In this document: in pieces, positions 10,312-21,211 of the stretch
Numbering within the stretch: the first letter of the stretch is position 1
How the letters are laid out: each line of letters starts with the position of its first letter
From: Bacteroidia bacterium
Lineage (GTDB): Bacteria; Bacteroidota; Bacteroidia; Cytophagales; Cyclobacteriaceae
DNA: 64,000 nucleotides
Assembly: GCA_030432655.1 (NCBI GenBank)
Contig: JAUILA010000021.1
Span: 1 to 64,000, forward strand
Direction of reading: 5' to 3'
Notes under the pieces: generated by a model
What the model was told of the DNA's origin: nothing
What the model saw: the letters and a program-made list of their open reading frames with translations, nothing else
The model's database searches: none
Program-made: the position numbers and the translations under genes

Positions 10312-11202
10312 ATGCTGAAGCGATCCATTATATTTTTCACCATCCTGATCGGCCATTCGTTGATGGCCCAGGTATCCGAGCGAATCCGGCCGGGAATAAT
10401 GTACAACGAAGGAACTAATCTTGAAAGCCCGAAATATGGATTTACGGCAACGATTCCGGATAACTGGACAGGAATGTTGCCCCAGGGGACAGAAATATTT
10501 ATGCTTCACCGTACTGATGGCACCAGTGGTGAAGTGCTGATGTTTGCCAGGCCCGAGGGAGACCTTGACCTCATTACAGATAACTGGAAAAACGGGGCAG
10601 CGCTAACCGATGCCATCTATCTGAAAGCAGAAGAAACGGATATAGTGCGCGAAGGAGACATGGCTTATTCGCCGGTGACAGGTGAAGGAGAACGGATCAA
10701 TCCGCAGTACAAAGGATTCATATTTGCGCGTTGCGGTGAATATGGACCCTGCGTGACCCTCCTTATGATCACTCCCGAACAGTTTTTTGATGATGTTCGC
10801 GCGGAAATGATGGAATTCATGAAGCGTGCCTCATTTACCGAACCGTCAAACCGGAATCCGTATGAAAATTTCAACTGGCAGGAATTCCTGTCTGGTAAAG
10901 TAATGGTTACCTATGAAATGGACCAGGGAGCGAAGCGGCAGAATATGATAAACCTTTGCGCCGATGGTACTTTTCAAACGAATATCCGGCAAAGCGGTTG
11001 GCTGAAACAGGATAACAAAGCCTATATGGGTAAAAAAACAGGCAGGTGGAATGTCGAGGGAAATGGGCCGGAAACTGTCCTGAACCTGGTTTTCGACAAA
11101 GAAAAAGCTCCTCCGATCGATATGGTGGTGAGTATTCAGGATGAGAAAATTTTCGTCAGAGGCGTTCGCTATTACGCAGGATATTCGGACTATTGTAACT
11201 AA
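10312..11202 (+). CDS. hypothetical secreted protein
   Basis: Signal peptide MLKRSIIFFTILIGHSLMAQ. No recognisable domain. Confidence 0.5.
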   Translation: MLKRSIIFFTILIGHSLMAQVSERIRPGIMYNEGTNLESPKYGFTATIPDNWTGMLPQGTEIFMLHRTDGTSGEVLMFARPEGDLDLITDNWKNGAALTDAIYLKAEETDIVREGDMAYSPVTGEGERINPQYKGFIFARCGEYGPCVTLLMITPEQFFDDVRAEMMEFMKRASFTEPSNRNPYENFNWQEFLSGKVMVTYEMDQGAKRQNMINLCADGTFQTNIRQSGWLKQDNKAYMGKKTGRWNVEGNGPETVLNLVFDKEKAPPIDMVVSIQDEKIFVRGVRYYAGYSDYCN

Positions 11203-11413
11203 CTGCAGGCACTATCTACCCGCATGGGTCTTAAGTTCCCCCATAATGGGGGATAGAAAATCGCAGGCAATCTGCGATATTGCCGGGGAATGCTTCAGGC
11301 AAATATCATATGGATTTACGAACTCTTCGGCGTTTCTGTACTTGCCGGACTCATCCTGGTTGCCATCCGGTACTTCCAGAAAGAGAACAAGTCGGATTCA
11401 GCAGGCGAATAAA

Positions 11414-12052
11414 TTATCCTTCCTCCTCCTCTTCTTTTTTCTTCCTTGCTTTTAGAAATTTTCGCACCACCGGGATAAGTGCAAGTATCACGATTGCCGG
11501 CAGCAGGTATTTCAGGTATTTTTCTATGCCCGGAATAGCCTGACCCAGATAATAACCGGCAAGTAACAGGCTCGTGACGTACAGGATGATCCCGATAATC
11601 ACGTACATCAGGAAACCGGATAGTTTCATATTGATCGTTCCGGAAAACACCGGATTGAACGTCCGGATGATCGGCAGGAAGCGTCCCAGGATCAGGGCAG
11701 ACTTACCGTGCTTTTTGTAAAAGTTTTCTGCTTCCGTAAGGTATTTCTTTTTAAAGTACCACGTATCCTCTTTCTTATAAAGCCCGTCGCCCCATTTACG
11801 TCCGATATAGTAACCGGTAAGGTCCCCGAGGAACGCAGCACCGACCAGCACCGGGATCATTAAGGTGATATCAGTCTGCAGGAATTGGGTACCCGACAAA
11901 AGGCCGGCGGTAAAAAGGAGGGTTTCACCCCCCGGTACGACCAGTCCGATCAAAAACGCGGTTTCAACATATACCAGCGCAATGATGATGGCAAATCCGC
12001 CCCATTTAATAATTGATTGGTTATCCAGAAAGGCAAAAAGTTCGAATTCCAT
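11414..12052 (-). CDS. DedA family membrane protein
   Basis: GGETLLFTAGLL DedA signature. Multi-TM, with an EEEEEG tail. Confidence 0.75.
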   Translation of the reverse strand: MEFELFAFLDNQSIIKWGGFAIIIALVYVETAFLIGLVVPGGETLLFTAGLLSGTQFLQTDITLMIPVLVGAAFLGDLTGYYIGRKWGDGLYKKEDTWYFKKKYLTEAENFYKKHGKSALILGRFLPIIRTFNPVFSGTINMKLSGFLMYVIIGIILYVTSLLLAGYYLGQAIPGIEKYLKYLLPAIVILALIPVVRKFLKARKKKEEEEEG

Positions 12053-14652
12053 TATTTACTTAGCTTTTTGATAAGTTGAATAACTATTAACGGGAGAATA
12101 CTTGTGATCCCGATAAGTACCCAGGTTCGGAAATCAAGTATCTGGAAGGATAGGATCTCCCTGATACCCGGAATTACATAAGCAAGGACCAGGGCCGCGG
12201 AACAAAAGGCAAGGGCCATCCAAATATATTTGTTGCGCGTAACCTGGTTGTTGAACAGGTTTTCCTCATTATCACGCATATTAAACACATGCCACAGCTG
12301 GGCAAACGCCAGTGAAAAGAAAGCCACATTGTTACAAATATCTTTTCCGAGATCCCAGTAGAAGTAGGCGAACAGGTAGGAACCGGTTACTGCCATAGCC
12401 AGCACGAGCGCATAGGTACCGATCTGTATCCACTTTTCCTTCGGAATGATCGGTTTGTCTTTGTCGTTAGGCGGATGGTTCATAACGTCCGGATGTCCTT
12501 CCCCGATGCCAAGTGCCAGCGCGGGAAAAACGTCGGATAGAAGATTTAAAAAGAGCAACTGCAGGGGAAGCAAAGGCAAATAAAACAACGAGAAGCTAAT
12601 GGCAGCAATGACAATGATCTCCGATAAGTGGTAGGAAAGCTGGTATACGATGAATTTTTGAATATTACCGAAAACAATCCGTCCTTCGCGTATCGCGGAG
12701 ACGATCGAACTGAACGCGTCGTCTTTCAGGACCATATCTGATACTTCCTGGGCAACCTGGGTTCCTTTTTTTCCCATGGCAATGCCGATATCCGCTTTTT
12801 TAAGCGCCGGTGCATCATTGACCCCGTCACCTGTCATGCCCACAATTTCTCCCTGTTCCTGGAAAGATTCTATAATTGACAGTTTCTGCGAAGGGTCTAC
12901 CCGGGCAAAAACATTGCGTTCCCGCATCTCTTCCGGCGACAGGCTATCGAGGTTGGTTCCGTGGATGGCTTTATCCTTACGGTCATCAAGGTTGATCTGG
13001 CTGGCGATCTCACTGGCAGTGCCAGGGTGGTCACCGGTCAGCATGACCACTTCAATGCCGGCATTGTGACAGGTATCTATTGAATCCCGGACCTCTTCGC
13101 GTGGCGGATCGATATAACCTACAAATCCGCAAAAGACCAGGTTTTCCAGCATCTCGTCTTCGTCAGGGGCCTGCCCGGCTTCACGCTTTGCAAGCGCAAT
13201 AACACGAAGCCCGTCTCCGGCCATCCGGTCATTTATTTCTATCAGCTCATTCTTCTTTTTTTTGTTCAGCCCTTCCTCCTCATCACCAGTGATCCATGAT
13301 TCACAGGCATCAACCACCTTCTCAGGAGCCCCTTTAACCGCTATAAAATAGTCCGAACCATCCCTGTGCGCAGCGGCCATCATCATGCGGTCTGAATCGA
13401 AAGGAAGTTCTCCGACACGTTCCATGGACAACCACTCAAGATATTGTTCTTCATTCTCCTGCTGAACATATTCAAGGGAAGCAATTTCCAGCGGGTCGCC
13501 GGATGATTCCTCCTCATTGAGTTCTGCGTTGTTGCACAACGTCATGATCTTCCGGAGAAGTATCGTCTGTTCATGAGATGCTTCTTCTGCGTCGTAAGCC
13601 TGATCGGCAGGAAGCAATTTTTCAACATGCAGTTTGTTGAGTGTAAGTGTTCCGGTTTTGTCGGTAAATATGACGGTGGTTTCACCAAGAGTTTCTACCG
13701 CTGCCAGGCGCTTAACAATCACCTGTTTTTTTGACAGGCGCAACATGCCACGCGCCAGTGCGATGCTGGCCACAATAGGTAATCCTTCCGGAATGGCCGC
13801 AATGGTCCAGGCAATGGCTGTCTGAACTAATTCGTAGATTTCCTTGCCTGTGAGCCAGCCTACCAGGAAGAAAACCGCAGCCAGTATCAGGGTGGCCCAG
13901 ATCAGTTTTTTGCTTAAAGACTCCAGTTTGCGGGTAAGGGGAACTTCTTCCGTTTCTGCATCGCTCACCATTTTCGAAATATCACCAAGTTCGGTTTCCA
14001 TTCCGGTTCGGATCACCAGGGCTCTGCCGCTGCCATTGGTTATTACCGTACCCTTGAAAACCATATTCGAGCGATCTCCTACCCCCTTTTCACCTTCCAG
14101 CACCTCATTCACCTTGTCTACAGGAACGGATTCGCCGGTGAGCGCCGATTCATCTGCTTTCAGCTGGCTCGCTTCGGTGATCCGGGCATCAGCTGTTACT
14201 AATTCGCCAGCCGAAAGTACCAACAGGTCACCAGGAACCATATCCTCCGCGTCGATTTCGGTTTCTTCACCATCCCGGATAACAATTGATTTCCTCCGGT
14301 CAAGTTTTTTCAGGGCCTTCATGGATTGGCGAGCCTGAAATTCCATCCAGAATCCAATGGCCGTATTCAGTAAGATCACGACGATGATCGCAATTGCTTC
14401 CGGGATGTCGCCGAAGGCAAAGGAAACTGTAACTGCGACCACCAGTAAATAGATGACCGGGTTGAGAATCTGATCAAGCAGAATTTGCCAGACGCTTTTT
14501 TGCTTTTCCTCGTGCAATTTGTTCGGACCGAATTCAGAAAGCCGCTTTTCAGCTTCTTTGCCGGTCAGACCATTTTCCTTATCGGCTTCAAGCTTACTTA
14601 TGATTTTTTCGTCCGACTGCTGGTAGGGTGTTTCTATAGTTTCCAAGGGCAT
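12052..14652 (-). CDS. P-type cation-transporting ATPase (type IIA Ca2+/Mg2+-like)
   Basis: DKTGTLT phosphorylation motif, TGDGVNDAPALKKADIGIAMG hinge, 10 predicted TMs. Confidence 0.9.
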   Translation of the reverse strand: MPLETIETPYQQSDEKIISKLEADKENGLTGKEAEKRLSEFGPNKLHEEKQKSVWQILLDQILNPVIYLLVVAVTVSFAFGDIPEAIAIIVVILLNTAIGFWMEFQARQSMKALKKLDRRKSIVIRDGEETEIDAEDMVPGDLLVLSAGELVTADARITEASQLKADESALTGESVPVDKVNEVLEGEKGVGDRSNMVFKGTVITNGSGRALVIRTGMETELGDISKMVSDAETEEVPLTRKLESLSKKLIWATLILAAVFFLVGWLTGKEIYELVQTAIAWTIAAIPEGLPIVASIALARGMLRLSKKQVIVKRLAAVETLGETTVIFTDKTGTLTLNKLHVEKLLPADQAYDAEEASHEQTILLRKIMTLCNNAELNEEESSGDPLEIASLEYVQQENEEQYLEWLSMERVGELPFDSDRMMMAAAHRDGSDYFIAVKGAPEKVVDACESWITGDEEEGLNKKKKNELIEINDRMAGDGLRVIALAKREAGQAPDEDEMLENLVFCGFVGYIDPPREEVRDSIDTCHNAGIEVVMLTGDHPGTASEIASQINLDDRKDKAIHGTNLDSLSPEEMRERNVFARVDPSQKLSIIESFQEQGEIVGMTGDGVNDAPALKKADIGIAMGKKGTQVAQEVSDMVLKDDAFSSIVSAIREGRIVFGNIQKFIVYQLSYHLSEIIVIAAISFSLFYLPLLPLQLLFLNLLSDVFPALALGIGEGHPDVMNHPPNDKDKPIIPKEKWIQIGTYALVLAMAVTGSYLFAYFYWDLGKDICNNVAFFSLAFAQLWHVFNMRDNEENLFNNQVTRNKYIWMALAFCSAALVLAYVIPGIREILSFQILDFRTWVLIGITSILPLIVIQLIKKLSK

Positions 14653-14839
14653 TATAATTTATACGGGATGAAGTGAAAAATTTATGCCAGCGGGAGAATT
14701 ATAGGATCAAAGCAATTGAACGACTTTCTGCCGTTTCCGATGTGGTAGTTTCTCTACAACATAACTTTTTAAAATTCAGCAACTAAGGTCAGGTTCAATT
14801 AACAATCGTCATGTAACTTTAGGAAAATTCCGATCGCCT

Positions 14840-16216
14840 ATGGATGTCGAGATTCTCTCCCGCCTGCAGTTTGCCCTGACTATTTCGTTTCATTACATAT
14901 ACCCGCCATTGAGTATCGGTCTTGGATTGATTATGGTTATCATGGAAGGCCTGTACCTCCGCACCGGGGATAAGCAATATGAAGACCTGGCCCGTTTCTG
15001 GACCAGGATATTTGCGGTCACTTTTGGTATAGGTGTAGCCACAGGGATCGTCATGGAATTTGAATTTGGTACCAACTGGGCTACTTATTCGCGGTATGTG
15101 GGGGATATCTTTGGTTCGGCACTGGCGGCGGAGGGTATTTTTGCCTTTGCCCTCGAAAGCGGGTTCCTGGGGGTCTTGCTCTTTGGATGGGACCGTGTGA
15201 AGCCGGCGGTGCATTTTATTGCCACCGTCGGGGTGTGGCTCGGCTCCATGTTTTCTGCCATATGGATCGTTGTAGCCAATTCCTGGCAGCAAACACCCGC
15301 CGGTTATCATATTGTCGGAACCGGTATGGAGGCACGGGCTGAGATTACGGATTTCTGGGCGATGGTATTTAACCCATCTTCGGTAGAGCGGCTTTCTCAC
15401 GTCTGGCTGGGATCATTTCTGGCTGGAGCATTCCTGGTTATGTCGGTGCATGCCTGGTACCTGTTGCATGGGAGATTTGGGGATATCTCTAAAAAAGCGT
15501 TCAGGATCGCTCTGCTGGTAGCCGTGGTATCTTCCCTGGCCCAGTTATTCGCCGGGCATAAATCTGCCGAGGTGGTTGCCGAACATCAGCCGGCAAAGCT
15601 GGCGGCTCTGGAGGGGCACTATGACAGCCTCGGTGTAGCTGATATGTACCTTATAGGTTGGGTGGACAAGGAGAATAAAAAGGTCACGGGAATCAGGATT
15701 CCGGGCGGATTAAGTTTTCTGACCGGCTTTGATTTCAAAACCCGGGTTAAAGGGCTGGATTATTTCGGGGAAGAGGATCGTCCTTCTGCGGTGAATGCTA
15801 TATTTCAGTTTTATCACATCATGGTCGCCATCGGAATGGCGCTTATCGCGATCAGTCTTGCCGGACTTTATTACTGGTGGAGGGGGACCCTATTTGAAAA
15901 ACGGTGGTTGCTGTGGGGGTTTGTAGGGGCGGTTTTACTGCCCCAGATCGCCAACCAGGCGGGGTGGTTTGCTGCTGAGATGGGCCGGCAGCCCTGGGTG
16001 GTGTACGGACATCTGCGCACGTCTGATGCGTTGTCAAAGTCGGTAACGGCAAACCATGTCTTATTCTCCATCATCCTGTTTACCATCATATACATTTTCC
16101 TGTTCACGCTCTTTGTCTATATGATGAATAAGAAAATCCAGCACGGGCCCGTCAGCGGAGAGCTCATGGATGACCGGCCCCGTCAGAAGGATATGACCAA
16201 AAAGATTACGGATTGA
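14840..16216 (+). CDS. cydA: cytochrome bd ubiquinol oxidase subunit I
   Basis: Strong similarity across the conserved N-terminus (haem ligands, Q-loop). Followed immediately by subunit II. Confidence 0.9.
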   Translation: MDVEILSRLQFALTISFHYIYPPLSIGLGLIMVIMEGLYLRTGDKQYEDLARFWTRIFAVTFGIGVATGIVMEFEFGTNWATYSRYVGDIFGSALAAEGIFAFALESGFLGVLLFGWDRVKPAVHFIATVGVWLGSMFSAIWIVVANSWQQTPAGYHIVGTGMEARAEITDFWAMVFNPSSVERLSHVWLGSFLAGAFLVMSVHAWYLLHGRFGDISKKAFRIALLVAVVSSLAQLFAGHKSAEVVAEHQPAKLAALEGHYDSLGVADMYLIGWVDKENKKVTGIRIPGGLSFLTGFDFKTRVKGLDYFGEEDRPSAVNAIFQFYHIMVAIGMALIAISLAGLYYWWRGTLFEKRWLLWGFVGAVLLPQIANQAGWFAAEMGRQPWVVYGHLRTSDALSKSVTANHVLFSIILFTIIYIFLFTLFVYMMNKKIQHGPVSGELMDDRPRQKDMTKKITD

Positions 16217-16217
16217 T

Positions 16218-17252
16218 ATGGAAACATTTCTCGGACTGGAATATTCAACATGGTGGTTTCTGGTGGTAGGCGGAGTTTTTTCCGGGTACGCCATCCTTGA
16301 TGGTTTTGACCTGGGTGCCGGGGCCTGGCACTTATTCCTGAAGAAGGAAAAGAGCAGGAGAATTGCTCTGAATGCCATCGGGCCGGTTTGGGATGGCAAC
16401 GAAGTCTGGCTGGTGATCGGCGGAGGGGCGTTATTCGCAGGATTTCCGGATGTATATGCCACCGTATTCTCCGCAATGTACATACCGTTCATTCTCTTCC
16501 TCGTCATGCTGATCTTCCGGGCCGTGTCGATTGAATTTCGCAGCAAAGAAAATATGAACTGGTGGAGAAAGTCGTGGGATCGTGCCTATTCGTTTTCAAG
16601 TATTCTCCTGGCCTTTCTGCTGGGAGTGGTCCTGGGAAATATTCTTCTGGGAATGCCGATCGGAGCGGACAAGGAGTTTTCAGGCTCATGGCTGAGTTTC
16701 ATTAATCCCTATGCTATCCTGGTTGGATTTTGTTCGCTGACATTATTCATGATGCACGGAGCGATCTACCTGATCATGAAGACAGAAGGGCGTCTTTATC
16801 AGAAAATGGCGATCCTGGCCCGCCGGGCAATAATTGCCTTCATTGTAATATTTGCGATCACTACTATCTATACGCTTATCTACCTGCCCCATCTTTCGGA
16901 TAAATTCAAAAGCAATCAATGGCTGTTTATTGTTCCGCTGCTCGCGATGCTGAGTATTGCTAATATTCCGCGACTGGTCACCAAGAGAAAGTACGTGCAG
17001 TCGTTTGTGTTTTCTGCACTGACCATAGCTCTGCTGCTGATTGTGGTGGCCATCGAACTGTACCCGGTAATGATCATATCCACGATCGATCCGGCGTACA
17101 GCCTGACGGTTCAGAATGCCAGCAGCTCCGAGAAATCACTGGAGATTATGCTCATATTTGCAGCAATAGGGGTGCCATTGGTGGCCATTTATACCACATT
17201 CGTATTCTGGACTTTCCGCGGGAAGGTCACCCTTGATGATCACAGCTACTAG
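16218..17252 (+). CDS. cydB: cytochrome bd ubiquinol oxidase subunit II
   Basis: 344-aa multi-TM protein. Start lies 2 nt after the cydA stop. Confidence 0.85.
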   Translation: METFLGLEYSTWWFLVVGGVFSGYAILDGFDLGAGAWHLFLKKEKSRRIALNAIGPVWDGNEVWLVIGGGALFAGFPDVYATVFSAMYIPFILFLVMLIFRAVSIEFRSKENMNWWRKSWDRAYSFSSILLAFLLGVVLGNILLGMPIGADKEFSGSWLSFINPYAILVGFCSLTLFMMHGAIYLIMKTEGRLYQKMAILARRAIIAFIVIFAITTIYTLIYLPHLSDKFKSNQWLFIVPLLAMLSIANIPRLVTKRKYVQSFVFSALTIALLLIVVAIELYPVMIISTIDPAYSLTVQNASSSEKSLEIMLIFAAIGVPLVAIYTTFVFWTFRGKVTLDDHSY

Positions 17253-17254
17253 CC

Positions 17255-19063
17255 TCAGGAAACCCTCAGCGTACGCAGGATCCGGAAGAGCATGAACGTA
17301 GACGCCACCGCCAGTACACCCAATATGCCGGCACGGGTGATATCTCCATAAACGATACCGCCAATCGTAAACAGGCTTGAGTAGATGGCAATACAACCCA
17401 GGAATACAAGAAGTATCTGCTTGGGCATTTCCCACGCCTTTCCTTCTTCCTTTTGGTTTATATTGACGCCTTCCGCGGCAGCCTCGTCCACAACACGCTG
17501 CCAGCCCGGTCCGCCAGGATGTGTAAGCCTGTAGAAGTTGCGCAGTGTTTCCTTATTCTCCGGCCGGGAGAAAAGGGTGGTCAATATCCAGGTAACCGTT
17601 ACCACGCCGACAGTGATAAGCAGTTTCATGGTGAAGGCATCCAGTATCATTCCGTCGAATACTTCGTCATTAACCACCAGCACCATTATGACGGCCATGA
17701 GTGTTGCCACCACCATCGCCACGATCTCGGTGAGCGCATTGATACGCCACCAGAACCAGCGGAGAATATAAATAAGTCCCGTACCGGCTCCCGACAGGAG
17801 CAAAATATCAAACGCCTGCGTGGCATCTTCAAGAAAAGTCAGCGAAAACGTGGCCGAGATAATCATCAGGACCACGGTGGAGATTCTTCCCATAGTAACC
17901 ATTTGCTTTTCAGTAGCGGCCGGATTGACAAAGCGCTTGTAAAAATCATTGACCACATAACTGGAGCCCCAGTTAAGGTGCGTACCAATAGTCGACATAT
18001 AAGCTGCGATCAGGGAAGCAACCACAAGTCCGAGCCAGCCGGGTCCGAGCCGGGTGAGCATCGCCGGATAAGCCACATCATCCCCCAGGTACTGATCGGT
18101 AATATTCGGAAATTCCTGCTTGATGGACGCCAGATCAGGGAAAATGATCAATGAGGCCAGGGCTACGATGATCCATGGCCAGGGACGCAGCGCATAATGG
18201 GCGAAGTTGAAAAGAAGGGTCGCGCCGATGGCATTTTTTTCATCCTTGGCAGAAAGCATCCGCTGCGCGATGTACCCGCCGCCACCAGGTTCTGCTCCCG
18301 GGTACCAGACCGCCCACCACTGGACAGCAATCGGGATGATGAGAAGAGGAATGTACACCGACGGATCGGTAAAATCAGGCATGATATCGAGCTTGCCCTG
18401 TACATTCGGATGAGTGAACAACGCGTCCAGGCTGCCGATCTCAGGCTGTTCGATGGCCACAACAGCCGCCATGATCGCACCCAGCATGGCCATTCCGTAT
18501 TGAAAGAAATCAGCCCATATTACCCCCTTGATACCGCCCAGAGCAGCATAAAGCACCACCACAACGGAGGCGCCCACCACTACGGTGACCGGATCCAGTC
18601 CGAGCATCACACCGCCGATCTTAATTGCAGCCAGTGTTACGGAACCCATGATCAGGCAGTTAAAGAGGATGCCGAGATAAAGCGAACGGAATCCGCGCAG
18701 GAAGGAGGCGAGTTTGCCCCCGTAGCGTATTTCGTAAAATTCAAGATCGGTCATGACATTTGACCGGCGCCACAGACGGGCGTAAATAAAGACGGTGACC
18801 ATCCCGGTGATCAGGAATGCCCACCATGCCCAGTTTTTAACCACGCCATCTTCCCTGACCATACCAGTGACCAGGTTGGGAGTATCCGCAGAAAACGTAC
18901 AGGCTACCATCGAAATACCCAACAGCCACCAGGGCATTCCCCGGCCGCCCAGGAAAAATTCGGAAGTGCTCTTGCCTGCAGTACGGGAAGCGACCCAGCC
19001 GATACCAAGCACGATGATGAAGAAAACAGCTACGATTATCCAGTCAAGGGTTGATAATGCCAT
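17255..19063 (-). CDS. sodium:solute symporter family transporter
   Basis: 602 aa, 13-14 TMs, SSF signature GGRGMPWWLLGISM. Confidence 0.8.
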   Translation of the reverse strand: MALSTLDWIIVAVFFIIVLGIGWVASRTAGKSTSEFFLGGRGMPWWLLGISMVACTFSADTPNLVTGMVREDGVVKNWAWWAFLITGMVTVFIYARLWRRSNVMTDLEFYEIRYGGKLASFLRGFRSLYLGILFNCLIMGSVTLAAIKIGGVMLGLDPVTVVVGASVVVVLYAALGGIKGVIWADFFQYGMAMLGAIMAAVVAIEQPEIGSLDALFTHPNVQGKLDIMPDFTDPSVYIPLLIIPIAVQWWAVWYPGAEPGGGGYIAQRMLSAKDEKNAIGATLLFNFAHYALRPWPWIIVALASLIIFPDLASIKQEFPNITDQYLGDDVAYPAMLTRLGPGWLGLVVASLIAAYMSTIGTHLNWGSSYVVNDFYKRFVNPAATEKQMVTMGRISTVVLMIISATFSLTFLEDATQAFDILLLSGAGTGLIYILRWFWWRINALTEIVAMVVATLMAVIMVLVVNDEVFDGMILDAFTMKLLITVGVVTVTWILTTLFSRPENKETLRNFYRLTHPGGPGWQRVVDEAAAEGVNINQKEEGKAWEMPKQILLVFLGCIAIYSSLFTIGGIVYGDITRAGILGVLAVASTFMLFRILRTLRVS

Positions 19064-19341
19064 GAGAAGTTGGTTGGTAAAACTCGGTGAATATATAAAT
19101 AATTACTCGCATTTGAAGAAGGGGCTTTATGAACGGTGTCTTATTTGTGCGAACCACCCCGGGGTCAGACGGGTGAGGTGGCGGCCTGATGAGCATCCGG
19201 CAAAATATTGGCAGTCAAAGACTATTCAATAACTATCTGATTATCAATTATGTAGAATGTAAATTTTTGATTGGCACGATTTTGTATTAGGTAGGGGTGC
19301 AGCGCTGCGAAAGTTTAATCATACTATAAACACTGAGCAAT

Positions 19342-20019
19342 ATGAAAAAGAGAATATGGATTGCTTTCGCTTTACTACTTACAGGAATTTCCTGGGCGGA
19401 AGCACAGGTCAAACCTGAATTTGGGATACGTGCAGGGGCGAATTTCGCCAACTGGCGCGGAGAATTATATGACGGGTTCAGTACCCTGCTTGAGGGGACG
19501 AACGCGGTGGAAGCAGAAGGACGTACCGGATTTCACGCCGGGTTTTATATGGTGCAGCCGCTCTCGGAGCGGTGGTCGGTCGAACCGGGTATTTACTATT
19601 CCACGAAAGGAGTGCGGGTATCACAGCGCCTGCTGGATGATACCATGGTGGGCAGCCTGCTGAATGTGAAAGCATCGGTAGCGAATGTGTCCCATTACCT
19701 GGATATGCCGGTGTATTTCCGGTATAATATAACGGATGGATTTCATATTTACGGAGGGCCCCAGGTTTCTTACCTGATGGAGAATAAAGTACGGGCAGAG
19801 GCCGGGTTACTGGGGTTCTCGATCGGTCAGACAGTACCGGTTGATCCGGGATTGAGAAAATGGGATTTCGGACTTTCCGGTGGATTAGGATATGAATTTA
19901 CCAATGGGCTGAATGTACGCGCAGGATATGATCACGGTCTGACAACCCTGGACGAAGGCAGAGGTGATTTTGAGGCTTACAATAAGGCGGTTAAAGTTTC
20001 TGTTGGCTTTACTTTTTAG
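19342..20019 (+). CDS. outer-membrane beta-barrel protein (porin-like, OMP_b-brl_2)
   Basis: Signal peptide MKKRIWIAFALLLTGISWAEAQ, alternating hydrophobic beta-strands, C-terminal F. Confidence 0.6.
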   Translation: MKKRIWIAFALLLTGISWAEAQVKPEFGIRAGANFANWRGELYDGFSTLLEGTNAVEAEGRTGFHAGFYMVQPLSERWSVEPGIYYSTKGVRVSQRLLDDTMVGSLLNVKASVANVSHYLDMPVYFRYNITDGFHIYGGPQVSYLMENKVRAEAGLLGFSIGQTVPVDPGLRKWDFGLSGGLGYEFTNGLNVRAGYDHGLTTLDEGRGDFEAYNKAVKVSVGFTF

Positions 20020-20032
20020 CAGGAGGGGATGT

Positions 20033-20156
20033 ATGTACAGTTGGAGAATTGAGCATACAGCGTGCGTGGGTCAAAAAGTCTGTCATCCCCGTCTATGTAC
20101 AGTGGGAGAATTGAGCATACAGTGTGCGTGGGTCAAAAAGTCTGTCACCCCCGTCC
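20033..20156 (+). repeat. 62-bp tandem repeat, 2 copies (same family as 30367..30800)
   Basis: Unit atgtacagttggagaattgagcatacagtgtgcgtgggtcaaaaagtctgtcacccccgtct repeated at 20033 and 20095. Confidence 0.9.
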
Positions 20157-20354
20157 GGTAACCTGAACGAGTGATTGTCCCTCCAGACGGGGGTCTGGGA
20201 TCGGAGATCCCCGGTAAGCTGGAAGAGTACGATAGGAGGGGCGTAGCGTGGACGCTACGACCATCATTGGATTAAAGAGTAAGTCTCCGTAGCTGCTGGA
20301 TCTCGGGTTACACGACCTTCGGCCGTGTCCCCGAGATGACAGCGCATGAGTCCA
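20143..20354 (+). repeat. ~210-nt structured repeat element, copy A (putative structured RNA / MITE-like)
   Basis: About 93-95% identical to copies at 30786..30998 and 30999..31208. Contains nested perfect stems (cccccgtc...gacggggg, cgtagcg-tgga-cgctacg, ctcggg...cccgag). Confidence 0.7.
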
Positions 20355-20416
20355 TGTCCCCACGCCCTGTTTTTGTTCCCTGTCACCCCACGCCCTGTTC
20401 TTCTTCCCTGTCACCC
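20352..20416 (+). repeat. 27-bp tandem repeat x2 containing the ctgtcaccc core
   Basis: cacgccctgtttttgttccctgtcaccc followed by cacgccctgttcttcttccctgtcaccc. Confidence 0.7.
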
Positions 20417-20422
20417 GGATAT

Positions 20423-21211
20423 TTACTCCTTCTCCCCCTTCCGATCCATGGTTTTCATCAATAAGTCAAGTTTTTCTTCCAGGGCAATAATGCGTTCCTC
20501 GGTCCGTGATGGTGCCTTCATGTGTTCGCTGTAATAGGCCCGGACTTTCCAGATTTCCAGCAGGGCATTCCTGGAGTAATGCAGGATGTCAAAAGCCGGG
20601 TCGTCCGTTTTGAAGGTCAGGTTTTTGTTAATATCGCTCAACCGGCGTACGCGGATTGCATCATCTGTAATCAGCACATACAAGGTTCCCACTTCGAGCA
20701 TATCTTCCTTTCTAACCCGGTCACATAAAAGAATATCCTGATGGTGAATCCCGCAGTTTTCATATTCCATCTCCTTCCCGTCTACCTGGAAGGCCCGTGT
20801 TTTTTCAAACTGTGTGAATGGAAACTGGAAGGAAGGGAGGGAGTTGATAAAGTCTTTGTTCTTATGGCTTACAATATATTCGGTCATCTTATCGATCAGG
20901 ACCAGCGGGGTTTGTTCTTTGAGAAGATCCTTGTCAAGGATGACTTCACTTTCCGTCTTCGCCTTTCCACCTGCAGAGAATAGGTCAAACTTATATAATT
21001 CATTGATTGTGAGTTCTTTGGTGAGAAGGGCGTCAGTACTGATTTTAAAATGCTTCGCTATTTCTATGAGCGTATCTATTTTTGGTTCGGACCGGCCTTC
21101 TTCATAGGCTCCCACACTTGGTCGGGCTAAATTGAACAGCTGAGCAAAATCTGCCTGACTCATTTTCTTCACTGAACGTATTTTTTTGATGTTTTTCCCA
21201 ATTTTTGACAT
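20423..21211 (-). CDS. XRE-family HTH transcriptional regulator with LexA/cI-like S24 domain carrying substituted catalytic residues (Ser to Glu, Lys to Arg)
   Basis: N-terminal HTH_XRE (KKMSQADFAQLFNLARPSVGAYEEG). C-terminal region aligns to LexA VSGMSM...VKRL as VDGKEM...VRRL. Confidence 0.7.
   Translation of the reverse strand: MSKIGKNIKKIRSVKKMSQADFAQLFNLARPSVGAYEEGRSEPKIDTLIEIAKHFKISTDALLTKELTINELYKFDLFSAGGKAKTESEVILDKDLLKEQTPLVLIDKMTEYIVSHKNKDFINSLPSFQFPFTQFEKTRAFQVDGKEMEYENCGIHHQDILLCDRVRKEDMLEVGTLYVLITDDAIRVRRLSDINKNLTFKTDDPAFDILHYSRNALLEIWKVRAYYSEHMKAPSRTEERIIALEEKLDLLMKTMDRKGEKE

Noticed and set aside
13844-14338. 164-aa plus-strand ORF inside the P-type ATPase gene, and similar antisense ORFs in the symporter (17453..18154) and aminotransferase (1..432).
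   Set aside because: They lie fully inside strong, motif-bearing genes on the opposite strand. Their compositions are Ser/Arg/Pro-rich and typical of antisense frames.
20143-20354. Retron msr/msd or group II intron fragment as an explanation for the structured element.
   Set aside because: There is no reverse transcriptase or intron-encoded ORF anywhere in the window. The element is present in tandem, and that fits a repeat family better.
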